Shown here piece by piece: positions 8,369 to 64,000 of a DNA stretch of 64,000 nucleotides (position 1 is its first letter; each line of letters begins with the position of its first letter). Position numbers and translations under genes: made by a program. The notes under the pieces were generated by a model. That model was not told the DNA's origin and made no database searches. It saw nothing but the letters and a program-made list of their open reading frames with translations. The DNA lies in NCBI GenBank assembly GCA_965204755.1, contig OZ242011.1:832001-896000 (forward strand), given 5' to 3'. The stretch comes from Candidatus Marinacidobacterium sp. (GTDB lineage: Bacteria > Acidobacteriota > Vicinamibacteria > Marinacidobacterales > Marinacidobacteraceae).

Positions 8369-10851
8369 GGGGCGGCGTCCCCGATCTCGGACAGCGGGAT
8401 GTTCCGGATCCGGTACCGCTCCCAGTCCCGGTAGTCGAAGTGCCACCACTCGTGCTCGTACACGGTGAACCCCTGCCGCTCCATGGCCCGCCGCAACGCC
8501 TCCCGCCGCCACCGCTGCTGCGAAGTGCCGCCGGGATAGCCGGGGAAGGCGCGTTCGGTGAACTCGTCGTATCCGGAGACGAACTCGAGGACTTCGCCGG
8601 TGGCGCGGTCCACCAGCCCGAGGTCCACCGCCGCGCCCCGGTTGTGGCGGGAGCCGTCGGCCGGGTCGGCCACGAAGATCCGCTGCTCTTCCGGGGTGGC
8701 GTCGTGGAACATCTTCGTGACGCGCCAGGGCCGGTAGCCGTCGTACACCAGCACTGCGTAGCCGAGGCGGCCGAGGTCCGCGTTGGCGCGGGCCAGCGCC
8801 TCGGCGGCCGGCCGCTGGAGGAAGGCGTCGGCCACTTCGTAGAAGGCGGCGCCCATGAAGTTGTTCTCGCCGGCGTAGCGGACATCGAGGCGGATCTCCG
8901 GGTCGAGGTCGGTCAGCCGGACCAGGTCGGCTTCGAGGAAGTCGCCGGTCTCCTCCGGCGGGGCGGCCGCGGCCGCCCGCGCCCGGAGTTCGGGGAGCGG
9001 CAGCCGGGGTTCGATGCGGAAAGTCCCGGCGGTGGGGCCCGGCCGCCGGGGGAAGACGATGCCGGAGAGGTCGGCGCCGGTCACTGCGCCGGCCGAATCC
9101 CGGAGGAAGCAGAGCGACTCGCCGGGGTAGAGGCCGCCGTCGGGGAAGTCGTAGCAGTCCGGGCGGCCGGCCGCCGGGGTCATCTCGTACCGCTCCAGCC
9201 ACTCGACGAGCACGGTGAGGGCGCCGCCGCGCTCGAACACGAAGAGGAGGTTGTGGGCCCAGCCGTACTCGCCGAGCAGGGGGAGGAACTCCGGCGGCGG
9301 GGGCGGCGGGAGGGGGTCGGGGATCCGCCGGAACCGGCGTCCGCCGACCGAGAGGGCGTCCACCCGGGCCGGCGTTTCCTCGACGACGGCCAACTCCGGC
9401 CCGAAGGCCAGCCGCGAGTCGGCGATCAGGACGCCCGCGGCGTCGTCCGCGGCGAGTTCGAGGGTGGAGTGGCCGACTTCCATCTCCACCCGGTCCCCCC
9501 GCGCGAGCAGCCGCAGCCGGTCCCCCTCCGCCGCTTCGTAGAGGCCGTGGAGCCGCTCCGCCGCCCCGGCGGGAAGCGGCCCGGCGCGGCGCGGCGCGTG
9601 GGGCGGGCCGCCGGCGCGCCGGGCGAGGGCGGCGCGCAGCGTCTCGGCGACCACCCGGGAAACCACCGCGTTCGTGAAGTCCACATTGCTCACGGCCACC
9701 GCGCCGAGTTTCGCTTCGGGCAGGAAGGCGAGTTCCGTGGAGAAGCCGTAGATCGCCCCGCCGTGGCGCGCGGCCCGGTAGCGGACGGGTTCCCCGGCTT
9801 CGTCCGGCGCGTCGGAAGCGTCGGGGGCGACAGAGGCGTCGAGGGCGCCGAGGTAGAAGCCGAGGCCGAACCCGGAAGGCAGTTCTTCCTCGGGATCGTC
9901 CGGGTACTGGACGCGCCACATCTCCTCCAGCCCGGCGGCGGAGAGGACGCCCGGAAGTTCGCCGGCAGACAGGTGCGTCAGGAACCGGCCGAGGTCGCGC
10001 ACCGAAGTGACCAGCGAACCGGCCGGCGCCATCCCCAGCGGGAAGGCGGGCGCGGGGAACTCGCGGCCGTCGTAACTCCACATGGTGGCCCCGGAGAGGC
10101 GCTCCGCCGGGGCGGCGGCGAGGTCGAAGGAACTCGACGGGAGGCCGAGCGGCGCGAGCACTCCTTCGGTCACCGCTTCGGGGAACGGGAGGCCGGTCAC
10201 CGTTTCCAGGACGCGCCCGACGACGGCGATCCCGGCGTTCGAGTACTTCTGCCGGGCGCCCGGCGGGAAGACCGGCGGGACGCCGTTCAGGCTGTCCACG
10301 GTCGCCGCGAGCGAAGGCGAGGAGTCGTCGAAGTAGTGGCCGACCGGCGGCTCCCGCACCAGGCCGGCGCGGTGCGCCATCAACCGCCGGAGGGTGATTC
10401 CGCCCGCCTCCGACGAGCCGGGGGAAGAACCGGGAGACGAGCCGGGGGCGAACCCCGGCAGGTACTCGGTGACTTCGGCGTCGAGGTCGAGTTCGCCGCG
10501 CTCGGCGAGCGCCGCCGCCGCGAGGTCGGTGAAGAGTTTGGAGACCGAGCCCGCCCGGAACAGGGTGTCCACATCCGCCGGGACGCCCGGCCGGGCCTCG
10601 CCGAAGCCCCGCGCCCAGACGATGCGGTCGCCCTCCACCAGCGCCAGCGCGAAGCCGGGGATGCGCTTGGCCTCGAGTTCCTCGACGACGAAGTCGCCGA
10701 TCCCGGCGGCGAGGTCCTCGTACCCCGGATCCGGGCCGATCCGCGCCGGCGTCCCCGGCGGGGCCGCGCCGCTCCCGCAGCCGGCGAGCAGCGCCGGCGC
10801 GAACAGCAGGCCCGCGACGAGACCGGCGCTCCGGCGGCGGGGCTCGCTCAC
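8365..10851 (-). CDS. Lipoprotein: beta-lactamase-family serine hydrolase fused to a C-terminal VanX/DdpX-type (M15D) D-Ala-D-Ala dipeptidase
   Basis: GTG start at 10851 (GTGA overlap) and lipobox LLAGC. Serine-hydrolase motifs SxxK (GSVSK), LMAHRAGL, YSN and HGG. M15D motifs DGYRP, SRHNRGAAVD and EWWHFDY. Confidence 0.88.
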   Translation of the reverse strand: MSEPRRRSAGLVAGLLFAPALLAGCGSGAAPPGTPARIGPDPGYEDLAAGIGDFVVEELEAKRIPGFALALVEGDRIVWARGFGEARPGVPADVDTLFRAGSVSKLFTDLAAAALAERGELDLDAEVTEYLPGFAPGSSPGSSPGSSEAGGITLRRLMAHRAGLVREPPVGHYFDDSSPSLAATVDSLNGVPPVFPPGARQKYSNAGIAVVGRVLETVTGLPFPEAVTEGVLAPLGLPSSSFDLAAAPAERLSGATMWSYDGREFPAPAFPLGMAPAGSLVTSVRDLGRFLTHLSAGELPGVLSAAGLEEMWRVQYPDDPEEELPSGFGLGFYLGALDASVAPDASDAPDEAGEPVRYRAARHGGAIYGFSTELAFLPEAKLGAVAVSNVDFTNAVVSRVVAETLRAALARRAGGPPHAPRRAGPLPAGAAERLHGLYEAAEGDRLRLLARGDRVEMEVGHSTLELAADDAAGVLIADSRLAFGPELAVVEETPARVDALSVGGRRFRRIPDPLPPPPPPEFLPLLGEYGWAHNLLFVFERGGALTVLVEWLERYEMTPAAGRPDCYDFPDGGLYPGESLCFLRDSAGAVTGADLSGIVFPRRPGPTAGTFRIEPRLPLPELRARAAAAAPPEETGDFLEADLVRLTDLDPEIRLDVRYAGENNFMGAAFYEVADAFLQRPAAEALARANADLGRLGYAVLVYDGYRPWRVTKMFHDATPEEQRIFVADPADGSRHNRGAAVDLGLVDRATGEVLEFVSGYDEFTERAFPGYPGGTSQQRWRREALRRAMERQGFTVYEHEWWHFDYRDWERYRIRNIPLSEIGDAAP

Positions 10852-12569
10852 GGTTCGACGGCGTTCGTCCACTGCGGGTCGTTCAGGGTGTCCGGCGCCG
10901 GCCCGTCCAGTTCCAGGCCGGGGGCGCGGCTGCCGAGCGCGTCGTCGAAGAAGTCGGCGATCCGGTTCCAGAAGATCGCCTTCGGCGGGTAGGCGTCGAA
11001 GCCGTGTTCCCCCCCGGGGAGCACCCAGCGGAGCGACGGCAGACCGGCGGCGAGGCGCGCTTCGTGGAGTTCGAGGCTCTCTTCCGGCGGCACCTGGGTG
11101 TCGCGGTCGCCGTGGAGGAAGAGCACCGGCCCGGGAATGTCGGCGATCGCCTCCACCGGCCGGACGCGCCGGATGGAGAGGCCGGTGCGGAAATAGACGA
11201 AGAACGAGAGCGGCAGCCGGAGCGCCGGATGGCCGCCCCGGGACTCGAGGGTCGAGCCGGCGGTCCGCCAGAGGTCGGCGTACGGGGCGTCGAGCGCCAG
11301 CGCCGGGAGGTCCTGGAGGGCGGCGGCGGCGTAGATCGCGGCGGCCGCGCCGTTGGAGGTGCCGAAGACCACCACCCGCGAAGGGGCCACTCCGGCGAGC
11401 GACCGCAGGTAGCGGACGCTGGCCTCCACATCGTGGCGCTCGTTCAGGGTGTAGGTGATGTATTCCCCGTCGCTCGACCCCCGGCCGGAGAGGTCCATGG
11501 TCAGGATCCCGTAGCCCCGGGCGCGCAGCAGTTCCGCCCCGTGGTCGAGCGCCTGGAACCGGGAGGAGTGCGCGCCGTGCACCCAGACCACGCTCCGCCC
11601 GTCGCCGTTTTCCGGCGGCGGCACCCACCAGCCGCGCAGGGTGTGGCCGCTCCCGGAGGCGAACTCCACCTCGTCGTAGGGAAGTCCGAGGTCCCCGGGG
11701 TGGCGGACGAAGCGGCCCAGTTTGATCGCGAGGATCCGAGTCTCGCCGCCGCGGACGACCTCGGCTTCGACCACTTCGCCGGCGACGCGGGTGCGGATCA
11801 GGCCGCCGGCGAGCGTGCGGGTGTCCGGCCAGACGACGCCGTCCACCGAGGCCACCCGGTCGCCGCGCTCGAACCCGGCGTCCCGGCCGTCGCCGGAGAC
11901 CCGGCCGAGGACGAAGCCCGGCTCGGGTTCCGCCGGCCGCGAGAACCCGAGGAAGATCGTCCCCGGCGTCGGCCCGGCCACGGGGGCGCCGCCGCCGCCG
12001 AAGAGCGGGGCGTCCGGCGTGCGGCGGAGCCCGGTGGTGTACGCGAGCGCCATCCGGTCGAGGACCCGGAAGCCGTACCACCCGGGGACCAGCAGGGCGA
12101 GGGCGAGCGCGGCGTAGAGCCAGCGCCGCCGCCCCGGCCTCGGCGGTGCGGGCGGCCGCGGGAAGGCCTCCGGCGGCCCGACGGGGAACGCGGGCGCGGC
12201 GGGCGGGGTTCCGGCGGCGGGCTTCGGCTCGGCGCGCGGGAGACCCCCCGGGCGGGGGCGCTCCGCCGGCCGGGTCTCCGGGAGCGGAGGCGGAACCGCC
12301 GCCGGGGCGGGCGGCGAGCCGGGCGGCGCCGCGGCCGGCGGGGAATTCCCGGCCCGGCGCCGGACGACGCCGCCGAGGGCGCCGACGAGCCCGGTCAGGA
12401 CCCGGCGCCCGAACCGCCGCAACTCGCGCCGGAAGGCTGCCCCGGGAGCGCTCGCTCCGGGAACCGCCGGGCCTTCCGCGGCGGGCGGGCCGGCGGACCG
12501 GGCGGCAGACCGGGCGGCCTCCCGACCTTCGGGGTGTCCGTCCGGCCTCGCCGGGCGACGGCCGCGCAT
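10848..12569 (-). CDS. Membrane-anchored PDZ-domain plus alpha/beta-fold hydrolase
   Basis: Pro/Ala-rich N-terminus, TM helix (WLYAALALALLVPGW), PDZ-like AGFERGDRVASVDG...VVRGGET. Hydrolase motifs VHG, D.SGRGSSDG, nucleophile GTSNG, HGDRD and GGEH. A TAGAAT element supports the 12569 start. Confidence 0.78.
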   Translation of the reverse strand: MRGRRPARPDGHPEGREAARSAARSAGPPAAEGPAVPGASAPGAAFRRELRRFGRRVLTGLVGALGGVVRRRAGNSPPAAAPPGSPPAPAAVPPPLPETRPAERPRPGGLPRAEPKPAAGTPPAAPAFPVGPPEAFPRPPAPPRPGRRRWLYAALALALLVPGWYGFRVLDRMALAYTTGLRRTPDAPLFGGGGAPVAGPTPGTIFLGFSRPAEPEPGFVLGRVSGDGRDAGFERGDRVASVDGVVWPDTRTLAGGLIRTRVAGEVVEAEVVRGGETRILAIKLGRFVRHPGDLGLPYDEVEFASGSGHTLRGWWVPPPENGDGRSVVWVHGAHSSRFQALDHGAELLRARGYGILTMDLSGRGSSDGEYITYTLNERHDVEASVRYLRSLAGVAPSRVVVFGTSNGAAAAIYAAAALQDLPALALDAPYADLWRTAGSTLESRGGHPALRLPLSFFVYFRTGLSIRRVRPVEAIADIPGPVLFLHGDRDTQVPPEESLELHEARLAAGLPSLRWVLPGGEHGFDAYPPKAIFWNRIADFFDDALGSRAPGLELDGPAPDTLNDPQWTNAVEP

Positions 12570-12578
12570 TTCCCGAAG

Positions 12579-12584
12579 ATTCTA
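12579..12584 (-). promoter_or_regulatory. Candidate -10 element TAGAAT, 9 nt before the ATG at 12569
   Basis: AT-rich TANNNT hexamer in a very GC-rich context, with no obvious Shine-Dalgarno. Same spacing as the elements at 13875 and 15066. Confidence 0.5.
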
Positions 12585-12653
12585 GTACCGGAACCCCGGA
12601 GGCGGCCTCCCGGTCCCGGGCCGGAACGGGCCGAGTCGGGTCGGAACGGCCAT
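12582..12653 (-). pseudogene. 23-codon remnant (MAVPTRLGPFRPGTGRPPPGFRY*) of a third tandem AAA-ATPase copy
   Basis: 12598-12738 closely matches 13810-13949 (ATPase 5' end plus intergenic spacer). Homology stops after about 18 codons, and the TATACT element is degraded to CCTACC. Confidence 0.75.
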
Positions 12654-12698
12654 CGCCCGCCAGGTAGGGGAACGCCGAAAGGAGATCGCCGCGAGCGG

Positions 12699-13865
12699 CT
12701 ATCCGCCGGCGGCTTCGTCGTCGTCCGGCGGCGGCGCGTGCTCCCGGATGAAGTCCATCAGGCTGGGAATCCCCGGCTCCCAACTCGGCGTCCCCTGCGC
12801 CTTCCAGACGAAACCCAGGTGTTCGAGGGCCTCCGCGGCCTCGAGTTCGGCAGCCCGGTCCCGGGCCGGCCCCGCTCGCCGGATCGCCTTCCGAAACCCG
12901 GTATGCGGGAGCCGCGCCTGATCGCGGAACGCCAGAGCCACTTCGCGCGCCGCCCCGAGCCATCCCTGCCGGTCCAATTCGTCGAACCGGTCGAGGTAGT
13001 AGCGGTTCCGTCGGGTCTCGAACTCGCCGGCGGCCTCTTCCACGACCGCCGTCGTCACCGGGCCCGCTCCGCCGCCGGCCCCGCGGACCCGCCGCCACGC
13101 CGCCCGTCCCCACAACTGCACGAAGAACGGATACCCGTGGCTCTCCCCGACCATGCGCGCCAGCGCCTCCTCCTCGACGCCGATCCCGTCGTCGGCCAGC
13201 GGCCGGCGAATCGCCTCCGCGGCGGCGCCCTCGTCCAACCGGCCGAGCGGGACCTGCTCCGCCCGGTTCCAGAACGACGCTTCCATTTCCGAAAGTCGAG
13301 CCCGCAGGTCGGGCGTCCCGGCGAGGACCAACAGGAACGGCGCCTCGCTGCCCGCCGCCTGCGCGGCGTTCAGGATCCACTGCCCCACTTCCGGCTTCAG
13401 CGTATGGGCCTCGTCCAGCAGGATCAGCAGGGGTTTCGCCTTCGCCCGCGCCTCCAGCGCCTCCGCCAGCAACAACGGCCTTTCCTCGCCCCCGCGCAGC
13501 GAAACCCCCACCCCGGCAATCGAAACACTCTCCGGCGAAACGCTCTCCGGCGCGATCTTCCGCAGCCACGAACCGAGCCCCAGGCGCGCCACGAAGTCGC
13601 CCGGCGACGGGATGTCCGACCCGACCAGCCAATGCGCATCCAGCCCGCCGTCCGCATCGGCCTCCCGCTTCGCCCACCGGAGCAGCGCGGTCTTCCCGTT
13701 GCCGCGCGGCCCGTAGAGGAGGATTTCACCGGGCGCCGACTCACCGCGTCGAAGAGCGGCGAAGTGGCTGCGGAACAGCGACTGTTCCTCTTCCCGCCCG
13801 GCCAGGTAGGGAGGCCGCCTCCCGGTCCCGGGCCGGAACGGACTGAGTTCGGTCGAAACGGCCAT
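12699..13865 (-). CDS. Stand-alone P-loop AAA-like ATPase, tandem copy 2
   Basis: SPFRPGTG..PPYLAGRE, Walker A GPRGNGKT, Walker B ILLDEAH, GYPFFVQLWG; 388 aa. Confidence 0.88.
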   Translation of the reverse strand: MAVSTELSPFRPGTGRRPPYLAGREEEQSLFRSHFAALRRGESAPGEILLYGPRGNGKTALLRWAKREADADGGLDAHWLVGSDIPSPGDFVARLGLGSWLRKIAPESVSPESVSIAGVGVSLRGGEERPLLLAEALEARAKAKPLLILLDEAHTLKPEVGQWILNAAQAAGSEAPFLLVLAGTPDLRARLSEMEASFWNRAEQVPLGRLDEGAAAEAIRRPLADDGIGVEEEALARMVGESHGYPFFVQLWGRAAWRRVRGAGGGAGPVTTAVVEEAAGEFETRRNRYYLDRFDELDRQGWLGAAREVALAFRDQARLPHTGFRKAIRRAGPARDRAAELEAAEALEHLGFVWKAQGTPSWEPGIPSLMDFIREHAPPPDDDEAAGG

Positions 13866-13874
13866 CGACCGCCA

Positions 13875-13880
13875 AGTATA
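13875..13880 (-). promoter_or_regulatory. Candidate -10 element TATACT, 9 nt before the ATG at 13865
   Basis: Near-consensus -10 hexamer, conserved in both intact ATPase copies. Confidence 0.5.
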
Positions 13881-13910
13881 GGAACGCCGAACGGCGATCG
13901 CGGCGAGCCG

Positions 13911-15056
13911 CTATCCGCCGGCGGCTTCGTCGTCGTCCGGCGGCGGCGCATTCTCCAGGATGCAATCCATCAGGCTGGGAATCCCCGGCTCCCAACTCAG
14001 CGTCCCCCGCGCCTGCCAGACGAATCCGAGATGCTCCAGCGCTTTGGCCGCCTCGCCGATACCCGGCCCGCCCCCGCCGCTTCGCGCAATGGCCCGGCGG
14101 AAGGCCGCATGGCTCAACAGGCCCTCACCCCGAAACGCCGCCGCCACCGCCCGCGCCGCCGGGAGCAACTCCCTCTCCTCCAGTTCCCGGTAGCGGTCGG
14201 AGTAGTAGCGGTTCCGCCGGATCTCGAACTCCCCGGCGGCTTCCTCCACGACGGCCGTCGTCACCCGGCCCGCTCCGGCGCCGGCCCCCCGCACCCGCCG
14301 CCACGCCGCCCGGCCCCACAACTGGACGAAGAACGGATACCCGTGACTCTCCCGGACCATGCGCCCCAGCGCCTCCTCCTCGACAGCGATCCCGTCCTCG
14401 GCCAAGGGCCGGCGGATCGCCTCCCCGGCGGCGCCCTCGTCCAACCGGCCGAGCGGGAGTTGCTCCGCCCGGTTCCAGAACGACGCTTCCATTTCCGAAA
14501 GTCGAGCCCGCAGGTCGGGCGTCCCGGCCAGGACCAACAGGAACGGCGCCTCGCTGCCCGCCGCCTGCGCGGCGTTCAGCAGCCACTGCCCCACCTCCGG
14601 CTTCAGCGTATGCGCCTCGTCCAGCAGGATCAGCAGGGGTTTGGCCTTCGCGCGCGCCTCCAGCGCCTCCGCCAGCAACAACGGCCGATCCTCGCCCCCG
14701 CGCAGCGAAACCCCCACCCCGGCAATCGAAACACTCTCCGGCGCGATCTTCCGCAGCCACGAACCGAGCCCCAGCCGGGCCACGAAGTCGCCCGGCGACG
14801 GAATGTTCGACCCGACCAACCAATGGGTGTCCAATCCGCCGTCCGCATCGACCTCCCGCTTCGCCCACCGGAGCAGCGCGGTCTTCCCGTTGCCGCGCGG
14901 CCCGTAGAGCAGGATGGGGGCGGGCGCCGACCGACCGCTTCGAAGAGCGTCGAAGTACCCGCGGAACAGCGACTGCTCCTCTTCCCGTCCGGCCAAGTAC
15001 GGAGGCAAAGCCCCGGTACCGGGCTGGAACGGGCTGAGTCCGGTCGAAACGGCCAT
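13911..15056 (-). CDS. Stand-alone P-loop AAA-like ATPase, tandem copy 1
   Basis: Start MAVSTGLSPFQPGTG at 15056, assigned by homology to copy 2. Walker A GPRGNGKT, Walker B ILLDEAH; 381 aa. The track's extension to 18800 is a shadow frame of the giant gene. Confidence 0.88.
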   Translation of the reverse strand: MAVSTGLSPFQPGTGALPPYLAGREEEQSLFRGYFDALRSGRSAPAPILLYGPRGNGKTALLRWAKREVDADGGLDTHWLVGSNIPSPGDFVARLGLGSWLRKIAPESVSIAGVGVSLRGGEDRPLLLAEALEARAKAKPLLILLDEAHTLKPEVGQWLLNAAQAAGSEAPFLLVLAGTPDLRARLSEMEASFWNRAEQLPLGRLDEGAAGEAIRRPLAEDGIAVEEEALGRMVRESHGYPFFVQLWGRAAWRRVRGAGAGAGRVTTAVVEEAAGEFEIRRNRYYSDRYRELEERELLPAARAVAAAFRGEGLLSHAAFRRAIARSGGGGPGIGEAAKALEHLGFVWQARGTLSWEPGIPSLMDCILENAPPPDDDEAAGG

Positions 15057-15065
15057 CGCCCGCCA

Positions 15066-15071
15066 AGTATA
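15066..15071 (-). promoter_or_regulatory. Candidate -10 element TATACT, 9 nt before the ATG at 15056
   Basis: Same hexamer and spacing as at 13875. Confidence 0.5.
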
Positions 15072-15142
15072 GGAACGCCGAAACGCCGATCCGCGGCGGG
15101 CCGCCGTTCGTCCGGCGGCGGGGCGCGGTCCCCGCGGGCCGA

Positions 15143-64000
<48,858 letters not shown>

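Larger units (their letters stand above)
12598..15090 (-). repeat. Tandem duplication, ~1.2-kb unit (ATPase gene plus upstream spacer): two full copies and a stub
   Basis: Start codons at 12653, 13865 and 15056 (periods 1212 and 1191 nt), with near-identical upstream spacers and long near-identical coding stretches. Confidence 0.9.

Noticed and set aside
15100-15119. Hairpin gccgccg-ttcgtc-cggcggc downstream of the giant gene's stop as an intrinsic terminator
   Set aside because: It is only a 7-bp GC stem with no adjacent U-tract, and such stems are common by chance at this GC content.

Overview
Very GC-rich (roughly 70-75%) DNA from a diderm bacterium. Positions 1-15,100 hold ordinary-sized genes: a 5'-truncated class-V PLP aminotransferase (+), then a minus-strand run read right to left. 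That run is two tandem-duplicated stand-alone P-loop (AAA-like) ATPases plus a 23-codon stub of a third copy, a PDZ/alpha-beta hydrolase, a beta-lactamase-family/VanX-type fusion lipoprotein, a HEAT-repeat protein, a Na+/solute symporter, an AmpG-like MFS permease, a TonB-dependent receptor and another AAA-like ATPase. The remaining ~49 kb (15,143 to beyond 64,000, minus strand) looks like one giant gene, split in this assembly by two single-base deletions (~37,691 and ~44,197) and still open at the window edge. It encodes >16,000 aa: roughly 120 tandem ~130-aa Ig-like modules with DxDx[DN]G motifs, a poly-Gly linker, four further Ig-like domains and a C-terminal autotransporter-type beta-barrel ending in Phe. 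The array contains a near-identical 1,590-nt higher-order repeat and scattered aromatic-rich divergent modules. ACGT and AGCT appear to be systematically avoided across the window. No RNA genes, CRISPR arrays or mobile elements were recognised.
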